The position numbers and the translations under genes were made by a program. Positions 1-12,378 of a stretch of DNA of 64,000 nt are shown piece after piece. The notes below the pieces were generated by a model. That model was not told the origin of the DNA, did not search any database, and worked only from the letters and a program-made list of their open reading frames with translations. Source of the stretch: Camelus ferus (Eukaryota). How positions within the stretch are numbered: position 1 is the stretch's first letter; each line of letters starts with the position of its first letter. Location: contig NC_045696.1 of the NCBI RefSeq assembly GCF_009834535.1, positions 90,274,001-90,338,000 on the forward strand, written 5' to 3'.

Positions 1-141
1 CCACTGACTATTTCAGTACACTACTTAATTAAATGTACTTTGGGAATCCATTTTTAAAACTTATTGAAAAGTCAAATAATTACGTTGTGAATATGAATAA
101 TAAATCTCTAATCCATATTTGTAAATTAAGAAATACATATA

Positions 142-320
142 CTACGGTGGCTTTTTGAGAAAGCTCCATACTGTTTTCCCCACATCCCCGAGGTAGACAG
201 GCAGATAGAGAGGCAGACAGGGAAGTCTTGTACAACACGAGGAATACAGCCAATATTTTGTAATACCCATAAATGGAATGTAACCTTTAAAAATTGTATA
301 AAAATTTTAAAATAAAAAAC
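142..320 (+). mobile_element. Short, old L1 3'-end fragment with an inverted piece at its 5' side
   Basis: TGTACAACACGAGGAATACAGCCAATATTTTGTAATA is an L1 3' UTR motif ending A-rich. CTCCATACTGTTTTCC is antisense L1 ORF2-end sequence. Confidence 0.55.
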
Positions 321-1064
321 TTTAAACAAATGCATATATTAATCACCAGTTTTTTGGAATAACTTGTAAAAACAAGTTCACTGTCTGAAGACATTTGTGA
401 GACGCCATTAAATAGCTACATTTCTCTAAGAAAGGTCTTCAGATACAGGTAAAATATTAAATATTAAAATCAATTTATAGATTTAAACACATTTATAATA
501 CAAAAATGGCATTTTAAAATTAAAATGAGCAATGCCCACTCCTTTGGACCAAAATATTTTTTTAGGGGAATCTTATTTTCTCAATCAACAACCACTCCTC
601 CAGAACTGAAAGGCAGTAACATTTTGTTATTACTCAAATTTATTAATAACTTTCCCCTTTTCTAAACTCTTGAAATATATATAAATTTGATTTTAGACTT
701 CCCAGCCTTGTTTTCTTGGATGTCCGGGATGCTGAGATGGCTAATAAGCAAATCAGCTTCAGGATTCAAATACACAGTTAATAAATCCTCAGAGAAATAC
801 AAATCAAAATCCTCCCACAGAGCCTATAGGCAAAATCTATGCTTTCCCTAATCCTCCCTAACCCCAAAGATCACTTTCTACTCCACCGTATGCGGGGTTA
901 GGGCCAGATTGTAGGCAATACTACCCCTGGGAATGCACCAGCATCTCAGGCCGGAGGATGTCCTCTTACAGGTTTCTTAATTCTATGCAAAGTAGTCTAG
1001 CCAGAGGGCAAGTCATAGTGCTGGAGGTGGTGTGTCCCATTTAAATGACAGCAGCACCTTCCTG

Positions 1065-1148
1065 CCACCATGTGTACCTGAGCCTCCTATCAACTCAGCC
1101 TGGAGTCAAGGACCTACAAGTCAGGGTAAAGGCGGCCCTTTGGACCTG
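1065..1148 (+). other. GPR79: Putative upstream non-coding exon of the GPCR gene, followed by intron 1149-1323
   Basis: Consensus donor CTG|GTAAGT at 1149. Pyrimidine tract and acceptor TTTTGTTTCCTCCCAG ending at 1323. TATA-like TTTAAA near 1040-1045. The 5' end is uncertain. Confidence 0.55.
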
Positions 1149-1370
1149 GTAAGTCTAAAGCCCTGCTTTTAAAGACTGCTTTGCCCCTGAGGTTAATTCT
1201 TTTTTTCCTGGAGCTGGTCCCTCTCAAACAAGGACTCTGCCCAGACTTTGGGAGTTGAATCAAGGCAGAGACCAACACCCAGCTGAGGTTGTGATACCTG
1301 CTATCCATTTTGTTTCCTCCCAGGGGAAGAAGCAGGAGCAGCTGTGCCCCCAGAGGGAGCCTCTTAGGAG

Positions 1371-2390
1371 ATGGAAGAGCTAGATACCAACACCTCAAAG
1401 GAAGACAGACTCTGCCACTTCTCTGAAGACTACAAGCAAATCTACCTCTCCCTGACCTACAGTATCATCTTCGTGCTAGGGCTGCCCCTGAACGGCACCG
1501 TCTTGTGGCACTCCTGGCGCCAAACCAAGCACTGGAGCTGCGCCACCATCTATCTGGTGAACCTGATGGTGGCCGATCTGCTTTATGTGCTGACCCTGCC
1601 CTTCCTCATCATCACCTACTCCCTGGGTGACAAGTGGCCCTTCGGGGAGCTGTTCTGCAGGCTGGTGCGTTTCCTGTTCTACACCAACCTCTACGGAAGC
1701 ATCCTGCTGCTGACCTGCATCTCAGTGCACCGCTTCCTGGGCGTGTGCCACCCGCTGCGTTCGCTGCCCTATCGGACCCGCCGGCACGCCCTGCTGGGCA
1801 CCGCTGCCACATGGGCCTTGGTGGTCCTCCAGCTGCTGCCCACTCTGGTCTTCTCCCACACGGACCTTGTCGATGGCCAGGTGGTCTGCTATGACACGAG
1901 CAGCCCGAAGAATTTTGATCAGTTTTTTGTTTACAGCATGGTCCTGACTTTGTCTGGCTTTGTCTTTCCCTCTTTGGTCATCTTGGTGTGCTACTCACTG
2001 ATGGTCAGGAGTCTGACCAAGTCAGAGGAGAGCCTCACGAGGGTGGGCAGCACAGCCCGGGCCAAGTCCATCCGGACTATCCTGCTGGTGTGCGGCCTCT
2101 TCACCCTCTGTTTTGTGCCCTTCCACATCATGCGCTCCTTCTACCTCATGCTCCGCTTCCTGCCTTCACGGAACTGTCAGCTCCTGATGGTGGCCAGCCT
2201 AGCCTACAAGCTGTGGAGACCTCTGGTGAGCCTGAGCTGCTGCCTCAACCCAGTCCTGTACTTCCTGTCAGGTGGGAACAACAGAGTCAGGCTCTTCCAG
2301 GAACTGCGGCATAACAAGATGGGTGAGCACCCAGCTGGAGCCAAGGGATACAGACCCAGGGGCGGGCAGATCTGGGTACTGTCAAGATGA
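1371..2390 (+). CDS. GPR79: P2Y purinoceptor-like class A GPCR (GPR79 ortholog), intact 339-aa ORF
   Basis: Seven hydrophobic segments with rhodopsin-family motifs: GLPLN (TM1), NLMVADL (TM2), WPFGE-C (ECL1/TM3), ISVHRF (DRY variant typical of P2Y2/4/6), CFVPFHIMR (TM6), YKLWRP and NPVLY (TM7). No frameshift or internal stop. Position next to MFSD1 matches the human GPR79 pseudogene as I recall it (3q25). Confidence 0.88.
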   Translation: MEELDTNTSKEDRLCHFSEDYKQIYLSLTYSIIFVLGLPLNGTVLWHSWRQTKHWSCATIYLVNLMVADLLYVLTLPFLIITYSLGDKWPFGELFCRLVRFLFYTNLYGSILLLTCISVHRFLGVCHPLRSLPYRTRRHALLGTAATWALVVLQLLPTLVFSHTDLVDGQVVCYDTSSPKNFDQFFVYSMVLTLSGFVFPSLVILVCYSLMVRSLTKSEESLTRVGSTARAKSIRTILLVCGLFTLCFVPFHIMRSFYLMLRFLPSRNCQLLMVASLAYKLWRPLVSLSCCLNPVLYFLSGGNNRVRLFQELRHNKMGEHPAGAKGYRPRGGQIWVLSR

Positions 2391-2589
2391 AGTTCGGGGG
2401 GAAGAAAGCTCCAAGATGTTGACAATCACTTGTTTAAACACAGTCCACTTTCTAGTGGGAGAGGGACTCAAAACCGCCTAGTGGTGTCCTGCTAGAAAGG
2501 ACTTTATATTGATGGCAAGAGATTTTAAAATAAGAATATGAGAGGAGCCACTGACACAAAGGAAAACTTCCTTAATTGAATGAGAGCTG

Positions 2590-2900
2590 ACAGTTATCTC
2601 TTGTCATTCAGATCTCAACTCAAATGTCATCTCCTCTGAAGGCACTCCTGTCCACCCTAACCAATGTTGACCTCTCACCCTCTAATCCAGTCACTCTATT
2701 ATATTTCCCTATTTATTGTCTTTGTAACACTAATTAGTACCTGGACTTGTTAATCTGTTTACTTATTTATGGTCTTTTCCCCCTAGAATATAGGCTCCAA
2801 TAAGACAGGGACCTCATCTGTCTGACTGCTGTACCCCTAACGCCAGCTCTACAGCAGGGCCCAGCACTAGTGAGTGCACAACACACAGGGGCTGAAGGAA
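2590..2900. mobile_element. L2 (LINE2) 3' fragment
   Basis: CTCAAATGTCATCTCCTCTG...CTAGAATATAGGCTCC...AGGGCCCAGCAC L2 motifs. Confidence 0.6.
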
Positions 2901-2902
2901 TA

Positions 2903-3033
2903 TGGATAGATGGATGGATGGATGGAAGGATGGATGGATGGATGGAAGGGTGGATGGGTGAAAGGGTGGATGGGTGGAAGGGTGGATGGATGGAAGGATG
3001 GATGGGTGGATGGATGGGTGGATGGATGGATGG
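2903..3033. repeat. (GGAT)n/(GGGT)n tetranucleotide microsatellite at the L2 tail
   Basis: Directly visible imperfect GGAT repeats. Confidence 0.95.
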
Positions 3034-3049
3034 AGCCCTTGCTACGTAA

Positions 3050-3235
3050 AAGCATTTTACATGGAGTAACTTAATCCTCCCAACAACCCCTGGAGGTGGG
3101 AGCTACCATTAGTCCCATTTACAGATTAGGAAACTGACACACAGAGCTTTATGTAGCTTGTCCAAGGACACCAGCTGGAGAATGCCCAGATCACAGTGCT
3201 GGATGGAAGCTTCAAACCCAGGTATTGGCTCTGAA
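3050..3235. mobile_element. MIR SINE
   Basis: AATCCTCCCAACAACCC...CCCATTTACAGAT..GGAAACTGA...TTGTCCAAGG MIR core. Confidence 0.7.
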
Positions 3236-6200
3236 GCACACACCCCTAAGACTGAAGCAGACAGCCCAATCCAAATACTGATCAAGAGCTGAGTCTCACT
3301 GACAGCACCAGCTCACCTGTTCACATAATTGCTATCACCTGCAGAGCGCTGGGTACACAGTATGGCCTCTTTCACTACACTCTCAATCAGTGTTCTGGGT
3401 AAGGTCAGAAAAAATTTTGCAGGATGAGCTGGGAGACACAGGGTAAAGTGGCCGCACGAATGATGACTCACCTTATTCTTGTGTGAACATGATGGCTCAG
3501 TGTACAACAGAAAAGTTTTACCACTGTCTTAAATCATAACGTGATGTTCATCCTCTTAAAAAACATTAGGTAATCCCCAAAAAACCTTTAAAAATACCTC
3601 TCATATTTAAACAATAATGATCTCCAAGGAGCGCTCAGATCTAAACATATATTATTTAATAATTCACTATAATCTCCCTTTTTCATAAAAACAACAGTGT
3701 AACCCCTCATTCCTACCCCACTCTATTTACAGGAAGTGTCTGAACAAACCATGTAAACCATGTCTCAATTATAAAATTTTATTCTAAAAGTGCAGTTTAT
3801 TGCTTTCAAGGGCACACAATAATTAGATCTAGACTAAGTGTTGCCTAGCAGAATTCCTTAGGATAATTAGTTTAATGAATAGGCAAGGATGTTTTCTAAT
3901 TAGCAGGTCAGCTGTTTCTACGTAAGTAAGTGCTTCTGTCGTAGCTGAGAGAGCTCACAACTGTTTGTGCTTCTGAATATTCTCTCAACTGTCTTGCTTA
4001 CACTATTAATTTTTGCCCCTTTCTTCTCATAAATACATAGGGAAGATTCAGTTGACCTACAGTCCCAACTATCACCCCTTACAAATTAGCAAGGTTTAAC
4101 ATTACTGGAGAATGGAAGCACAGGCTCCTCCATAAAAGCTTAAAGCCATCCCACGTCTTACTTAGCCATTACTTCGAATGCCCGCCAGCCTGCCGACCCT
4201 GGAAATGGAAACAAAGCTAATCTAGAATCTTCAGGATGCACTGCCTTTAACCAAAAAGCAAGGGATTTATACCCCTGGCCAGTTTTCCAGCCTTTAGTCC
4301 TTGTGAACCTACATGCTTGCAATTTCTCTGATCCATATAATGCTAATTTTGCTTCTGCAGAATCCTTTGACCCACTTAACAGCAAAGTATAAGCATCCAC
4401 TTTTAACAGATTTCTCGATAGTTGAGATCAAAAAAGTTTAACTTAGTTATTATCGTGTCCTGGTTTTCAAGGATAGTTATCTCAAAACACAAAACTCAAA
4501 GTAGACTAATTCCCTTTAAAGAAAGGGCCTCATTGTAAAGGAAGCTGGGAACCCATCACCCAACAAAACTCAAGGGGATATTCCTGACTCCCCTGTGGTT
4601 ATCAAGCCCACCTACACAAGGGGACAGAAGACTAGAAGAAACAAAAATTCTTCCCAAATCTTCCCACTCAATGCCCACTGCCTGGTGAAAGCAGGGGTCC
4701 TCGAATGTGTTACCACCCTGGGCTGCAAGCATCTTCCATAATATGCCTGGCTGCTTGGACAGGTTAAAACAAAATTGAAGGTCAGCAAATATCATGTTCA
4801 AAATATCATGACTGGGGCAGCAGTGGATGCAAGGTGTTACTTACAGCCACATACAAGTGTCAAGCATGGTACCAGCCCTTAAGGAGGTTACAGACTGTTG
4901 GAGAAACAAAGTCAAAACATACAAACAGCAATATGAGCGCTAAGGAACAATTTCAGCAGCTACAGAAAAAAATCATGTCAGTGGTTGATTAATCAAAAAC
5001 AAACAACACAGAAAGTATTAGGGAAGTTTCAGTAGGGGGCAGGGGGCTGCAGGGGCCATGAAAGGCATTATACGTATGCTGAAGGCTGGGTGATATCTCA
5101 ATTAGAATTTTCCAAGCATTGGAGAAAACGGAAAATTTGCGTGAGGACCAGTGGTTGGTTCCTGCCAAGGGTAGGAAGTGGAGACAACGCTGGAAGGGTG
5201 GGCTGAAGTGTGACCAGGAAGGCTGCCCCCAAACCAGCAAAAGAACCACTCCTCAAGGCACAGGGACCCACCACAGGCATTTGGGCAGGAGACTGACAGG
5301 ATCAAAGCTGTGACTTAGAAACGATCTGGCAGCCATTGTGTTTTGAATAAATTAGAGAAAAGAAACAAAATGTCACAGCAGACTTCTGCAAGATCTCCTA
5401 ATTGGCCTTCCTTTCCCTCAAAAACAGCCTACACACCACCTCCAGATTTTCTTTAAAGAGCATTTCATAGATCACACTCTCCCTAATTCTATCCACTCCC
5501 TCCCTGTATCCTTACCTCTATAGCATAAAGCCCAGGTTTCTCATGTTGGTATACCTGACCCATCACAGTCTAGTCCCAGCTGAACTTTTCAACTCACCTG
5601 TCTCCTACTGCACCACGTGGATTTCCACCTCACGTGTTTACCATGGGGCCACCATCCACCACTCAATACCCTCTCCCAAACCTTCCCCACATGCCTAAGT
5701 CTTCGTCTTCCCAGACCTTGGGGTCTACTTCCTCCAGCTACCTCCGATCTCACTCTGCACTGCTGACTCACCCCCTGGGCTCATCACCTTGGAGTTGATG
5801 ATGGGCTCCTTCATTATTTCAGGCCAGTTTTTATCTCCCCTGCTACTCCATTTTTCGATCTATAGAGTACAGCATCCTAGCAACATCCTGAACACAGCAG
5901 ACTCTCAGTAAGCAATGGTGATACTGACAAATGAAGAGGAGGAAGAGGAAGGGGACTGACATTTACGAGAACATTGCAGTGATCCAAACACAGAGATCAT
6001 GGGCATGAGTAGAAGAACTAAAGGGATTTTAAAACGTATTAGAAAGAATGAAGAGAAATGAAATTAATTATTTAGACATGGGTGGTAAGGGAGACAGAAC
6101 AAAAATGACTGAGACTCCAAGCATGAGGAATCAAAAGAATGATCAACCAGCACCTAGTACCTAGTGGGCACTCAGCCATTACTGCAGAGAGAAAAAGGAC

Positions 6201-7559
6201 AGAAGGGAGAGAGGGAATGAGGCTGTGTATTGTGAGGGAGAGTTCAGTTCAGACAAGTGAAATGTGAGCTGCTAGTGAGGCCTCAAGTTGGAAGGGTAGG
6301 ATGGAGGCTTACAGACAGCTTAGGCTCAAGCTCTGGGTTTAGAGTCACCTGCCCAGGCTGCAGATGGAAATTATATCCCTGAGGAAGAAGGGAAAAGAAA
6401 GACGAGAGGACCTAGGAGACAGGAACCATAAAAAATCCTGACAGGGAACACAGGGACAGGAGGAGGTACTGGATAATAGAGCCTCAGAAAATCAAACAAG
6501 GGAACAGTTTTAAGAAAGAGAATAGTCGAGGGAATTACATGAAACAGACTAGTCAAAAAGAAAGAACAGCTGTCTCTCAGCAAACAACTCAAATGCCACC
6601 TCTTCCAAGAAGCCTCCCCTGATCACTCATCAGAAGGCCCTTTCCCTTCTCTGATCCCTCATCCATACCTCTTAAGGCACATCTTGACTTCTACCAAGTA
6701 TGAGCAGCATTATTTAAATCCCCTTACTTCCCCTCCTACAGGATCTAGGAGAGGCTTGAACATATGGGTATTTGCTAAATCTTTGTGGAGTAAACGAATA
6801 AACAGCAAATAATTCTCCTGGGTATGTTTTTCTGGAGTTACTGACTCAACGCAATTTATGAATGTGTGCCTATAAAACTAAATCACAAATACTTTGGGAT
6901 TTATTTGTTCTCACACTCACCAACTGCAATTCAAAGCAATTCCAGGACACACAATACCTGCAAGCATCCTCACTTTTTAGCTCATATTTTAAAGACAATA
7001 AAGAAGGAAAATTTTTCACAAAGTCGTTTGCAAAAAAGCATAACCGAAGCTTATAAAGTCATGTCATGTATTCTCACTGTCTTTTACTTTCTTGTAAACA
7101 AGCCAAATCTCTTTCGTATTTCAATTTCGCAACTTTTTGTTCTGTTGAGGGTTTTTTGTTATTTTGGTTTTTTTTTTAATGTTTCAAACAACTTCAAAGG
7201 TAATGGCCTCAAGAAGAATTCCATGATAAGAAGAACTTATGTTCTTGAAGCAAGCTGTAGCTGAGCATTTTTACACTGGTCAAATCATGAACAAAAAGCA
7301 AAAAGCGCCACTTCAAGAAAATTAAAGAATCACCAAGTCTGAGACTGTTCCACTCCTTAAGGAGAAACACATTAGCAATGAGACCTTTAGAAAGCATTAG
7401 CCCAACGATCAACAACACGGCTGCTGATGACTCCTTATGTTCTCTTCTTTCACAGCCAAGCTTCTTGAAAGGGCAGGCTACACTTTTTCTTGTAATTTCT
7501 ACCTTGAATTCATACACCACATCATTATGGGCTGGCTGCTGCCCCTCCTGCCATCCCAC

Positions 7560-8760
7560 TCCGCTGAAAATGTTTCCAACAGCACACCAATGGCTTTCCA
7601 GTTACAAACTGAATGGCTGGACTCTATCCTGCTTCAGCTTTCATGGCATTTGTCACTGTCACCCACTCCCTTCTCATACTCATCTTTGCTTCCATAGAAT
7701 ATACCCTCCTCTGCCTCTTTATTTACACCCCTTCCTGCTCCCACCCTGTAAGTGTGGGTGGGTGGCCCCAGGGCTCCGTCGTTACCACTCTTCTACTCCA
7801 TCCCCACACTCTTCCTGGGCATCTCACTGGCTCCCTGATGGCCCCATCGATGACTCCCAAACCCCACTCCTGGGAAATCCTCTTGCATTGCAAACACACG
7901 CTTCTGTCCATACAGCAGTTCCTCGGCTCTGCAAGTTTCACAAAGCCAAAACTGAAATCACTTTCCTCCCAAAACCGCTTTCTGCTTAATGGCCGTCCAC
8001 CCAAGCCAGAAATCTGGGGGTCATGCTTTATTCTGGCCTTTCTCCACACTGAATTGTCATGATCACGTTATCAGTTCGACCTCCCAGGTGTCCCTGGAAC
8101 TTGCCCTCTCCTCTCCATCTGCACTGCCACTACCTTAGTTCATATTCCATCACCTCTCATGGGCTTCACTGCTCCAACCTATTAATCATTCTGACTCCAG
8201 ATCTGTTCCCCTCAACCTGTAATTCATCCCCCTCCTTCTGCATCTAGGGTTATCGTTCTAAAATGTAAATCTCAATCTTAATCCCCAACATAAAAATCTT
8301 CCAAAAGCTCCCATTTGCCTCCAGGATTAAGATCAAAATGCTAAACATGGAATAAAGGCCCTCAGCAATCTGCCTCCTACCAAAGCTTTCAACCTGAACT
8401 CTCCACACGCCCCCTTCACTCCATCTTCAGTAACCAGCAGGCTCCCTCAGGATTAGCTCTGGGACCTCTTGGCCTCCCCACTCACACCTCACTCCTTCTC
8501 TGCTTAGGTGAGTCATCCTACTCATCCTTTGTGATGCAGCTCAAAGACTACCTCCTCTGGGACTCTTAGAAGTGCTCCAGGACCCCTAAATCCCATTAGC
8601 CATTGCTCTACAATACTGCTCATCAGACTGTATCACAATCACAGAATCACTGATCCTTTGTCTTTTTCCCCCACTCATCGATGTGACCCTTGAGGAAGAC
8701 AGTCCACATTTTCCATCTTTCTGAATCACTACCTCTAGTACAGAGCCTTAGGTTCAACGA
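7560..8760. mobile_element. Degraded L2 fragments
   Basis: Pyrimidine-rich L2 motifs (AAAACTGAAATCAC, CAGCTCAAAGACTACCTCCTC); boundaries approximate. Confidence 0.5.
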
Positions 8761-11486
8761 TGCCAGAAATGATGACACAGAAGTCTTTGCACATCTTACA
8801 TCAAGCATCATCACATTATGACAGCATCATGCTTGGTTCTCACCAATACTACATTTCTTTGAATCATAAGATACTTTCAGCCTGAACTCTCCACAAAGAT
8901 ACATCCCAATTTCAGAGATGTGAGGAGGTGAAATACTGCAGTCTACAAAATACAGCATATTAATTCAAGTAACATGACTATAAAAACTTCATAGTCATCA
9001 GACTAGAAAGACATTTAAAAAATTCAAATGTTGGAAAATAAACCAAAACGTTCTAAAATAATTCCTAAATGAAGAGAATACACACGTTATCTTAAAATAT
9101 TATATTTTTCCTTTGAAACATTTATTAAGGAACTGTTTGTTCTGTATCTTGATTGTGGTAGCCAGAACACAAACCTATACCTATTAAAATTCATAGAACT
9201 GTGAAATAAAGTCACAGAAATCATTTAAAAGTCTGTAATAAATATGGCCCATTCCTTAGTTCTCCCCTCCCCCAAGCCTGGACTGCACCTCACGGACCTC
9301 ATCAGAACCCAACAAGGACACTTACTTCTCTGACACACTCACTCTGTCACATGAGTGATGACTCTGAAATCAGAGATGGCCCAACTCCAGGCCCACCTCC
9401 CCACCACCTCCATGTCCCTTCCAACCCCCAACCGAGGCTTCCTGCTGCTCTTACAAGCCCTGTTTCCCTTGCAGATTCTCTCATCCCAGCTCTCCCAGTC
9501 CGCAGCTGCTGGCTCAAACCCGGCCTCTCTCCTCTCCCTCTCATCCTTGTCCTACCTCACTCCAGCGGTAGTTCAACCATCTCTAGTTCACGGTACCCGG
9601 TGAGTTCCGGGCTCTACTGGGGTGGGGAGGGGGAGAAGGATTTGCCTTTTGTCCTGATACTTTTATTTACCCAGGGCAGGAAGGGTGTGCTCTGAATGGT
9701 TAAAAAACTATCTGAACATGATTAAGACACAAAACCTGGAAATAATCAGATTTTCCTTCAGAAACAGAACAAGCCTCAATATTTGGGGAGGGGCAGGGGA
9801 AAGGGGCTGGTAGAAACCTCTCAAGAAGCCTGAAACTGTCACCAGCCCACACTTTCAGTTGTTTGAGAACAACCTGCTATTTCCTAGATATGTCCACACA
9901 TGCTTCGTTCCCTTGCCAGAGCTCCCAAAGAAATCCGAACGCAACCCTAAGAGGGCCCATCCGTCCAACCCATCAAGTGGATGCAAGGAATGGATATTTC
10001 TCTCAACAATGTTTTAGGTCATCCTTCAGTGAATATAGATCTAACATATGGTAATTAACCGTATTTAGGTGTTTCATAAATTAAGAATATGAGTGTAAGA
10101 AGGAACTCTAGTGATATTCCATTTTGCTAATCAGGAAATGGAAGCACAGAAAGCTACTACCCTACAAAAACAGGAGACAGTACGGAAGGTGATCCTCTTC
10201 AAAAAGACAAAACAAACTTCTATGAAGTAGACGCTAATCTCATATGGAATGCCTCACAGGTCCACTGATTTTCAGTACACAATGGGTTTGCAGTCAAACC
10301 TATAGGGGAAAAAACCAGTTCAGGGAGTAGAGTAAGTTAGGCAGGTAGCTGCCGAGAAGGGGGACAGATAAAGATCCACCAAGGAGAAAACACATTCAGC
10401 TGAGTGCGTGACCGTGTACAGGGAACACTTCCACCTCAGAGGAGTAAGTGCTAATAAGTCTGTAGTAAGTTTGGCTGTCTTTCCTGACTGGATGATGTCA
10501 AAGATTTTTCAGTATTTCTTACAAAACACCAAAGTTTTCCCCATAGACATAGGGGCAGCAAATCTCTGCTTAGAGTCTAATCTCCAATCTCCCCTGGGGC
10601 ACTCCAAGAACCTGCAAATGGCAGAAGCCAAGGGGGCTAGGGCTGGGGCCGAGGCATTCCAGAAATCATGGACAGATTGCAGACAACATGAAGTTACTCT
10701 TTGCTACCAGTGGGACCAAGATATAGGTGACTTTACCCCATTCTCTACCCTTTGTCAACTATGGTTCTCCTCACATGCAATTTTTTTCCTGTCAATGCAA
10801 ATTCTATTTCTCACTCAGGGTCTGTTAACTCCCATCTACATTCACAGAGTTCTCTGGAAAACATTACTTGTTACTCTCCCCCCTTTTGAACACTACCACT
10901 TTCTTCAAACAGTAGCATTCAAACGTCTATTGAATTTTATTCTTTGTGAACTTTTTAAAACTTTTATTATACAATAAGCATTTATTGTTGAAAAATTAGA
11001 AAATACAAATAAGCAAAAAAAAGTCATCACCCAGAGACAATTATGTACATATCCTTCAGACATGTTTATGTTTGTTTTTACAAAAACAACAGCACTCTGA
11101 CTCTTCTACATAATAATGCCACCATTCCATGTCAACGTGCTCTCTAATGAAACCAATTAATGACTGCTCAATATTTCACTTTAAGAATATGATACAAGGT
11201 ACCTAACAAACCTCCTTATAAACATGGGTGGTTTCCTGTCTTAGGCTGTGATAAACAATCTTGCAACGAAGATATTTTCTTAAAATATATTTATGTGTAT
11301 ATTTGTCTAATGGTTTCCTTAGAATAAATTATTAGAAATGGAAGTGCTAAGCCAAAAGGCATACAGCCCACCACCATTATGCTTTCTAGGTATTTTTTAT
11401 TAATATTGCCAGCCAACTTATCCTCCAAAAAGGTTATCCCGATTTCCTCTCCTTTTTATTTATGCACCATTCAAAAATTTTTTGGG

Positions 11487-11975
11487 AAGATAATACCCGA
11501 AAACTTCCCCAACTTGGGAAAGGAAATAGTCACTCAAGTCCTGGAAGCACGGAGAGTACCACACAGAATCAGCCCAAAGAGGAATACACCAAGGCACATA
11601 GTCATCAAATTGACAGTAACTAAAGATAAGGAGAAAATATTAAAATTAGCAAAAGAAAAGCAATGAATAACATACAAGGGAACTCCCATAAGGTTATCAG
11701 CTGATTTTTCAGCAGAAACTCTACAGGCCAGAAGGGAGTGGCAAGATATTTTTAAAGTGATGCAAGGGGAAAATTTAAAACCTAGAATACTCTATCCAGC
11801 AAGGCTCTTATTCAGACTTACTTGAGAAATCAAAAGCTTCACAGATAAGCAAAAGCTAAAAGATTTCACCAAACCACCAAACCAGCTTTACAGTAAATGT
11901 TAAAGGACCCTCTCTAGTCATTAAACCATAAGAAAAGAGAACAAAAAGAAGAAAGAGAAAAAAAAGAGAGAGACT
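11487..11975 (+). mobile_element. L1 ORF1 fragment
   Basis: Translates to IIPENFPNLGKEIVTQVLEARRVPHRISPKRNTPRHIVIKL...KEKILK, L1 ORF1p; interrupted by a stop. Confidence 0.9.
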
Positions 11976-11979
11976 TACA

Positions 11980-12245
11980 AAAGATTGTTTTGGCTGTTTG
12001 GGGTCTTTTGTGGTTCCTTATAAATTTTGGAATTGTTTGTTCTAGTTCTGTGAGGAATCTTGAGTATTTTGATGGGGGTTGGGTTGGATCTGTGGATTGC
12101 TTTGGGTAGTGTGGCCATTCTTCCAATCCAAGAGCACAAGAAATCTTTCCATTTCTTAGTGTCATTTCGGTTTTCAGAGTATAGGTGACCTCCTTGGTTA
12201 AGTTTATTTCCAGGTGTTCTATTGTTTTTGATGTAATGGAAATGT
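11980..12245 (-). mobile_element. L1 ORF2 fragment, inverted relative to the adjacent ORF1 piece
   Basis: Minus-strand peptides LEINLTKEV, KWKDFLCSWIGR, LPKAIHR, TELEQTIPKFI. Confidence 0.85.
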
Positions 12246-12303
12246 CTCTGCCAGTTATAAAATTCTGGTTTTTGAAGTAAAAAAAAAAAGTGAATGAAGG
12301 GCC

Positions 12304-12336
<33 letters not shown>

Positions 12337-12378
12337 CACATATACATATACATATATATAAAATGTGTATATATATAT
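12304..12378. repeat. (TA)n/(CATATA)n microsatellite
   Basis: Directly visible. Confidence 0.95.

Noticed and set aside
1612..2481. Alternative-frame and antisense ORFs overlapping the GPCR (e.g. 1988-2314 +)
   Set aside because: Shadow ORFs of a GC-rich coding sequence, with no recognisable domains
2470..2486. CTCF-like CACCACTAGGCGG on - downstream of the GPCR
   Set aside because: The 3' part of the motif is a poor match; not supportable without ChIP data
2867..3055. ORF with HPSI/HPST repeats
   Set aside because: Translation of the (GGAT)n microsatellite
7378..8062. 203-aa and 149-aa ORFs
   Set aside because: Mostly lie in degraded L2 sequence; no recognisable protein or exon structure
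10408..10977. 189-aa ORF
   Set aside because: Non-ATG start, no recognisable homology or splice context; likely chance
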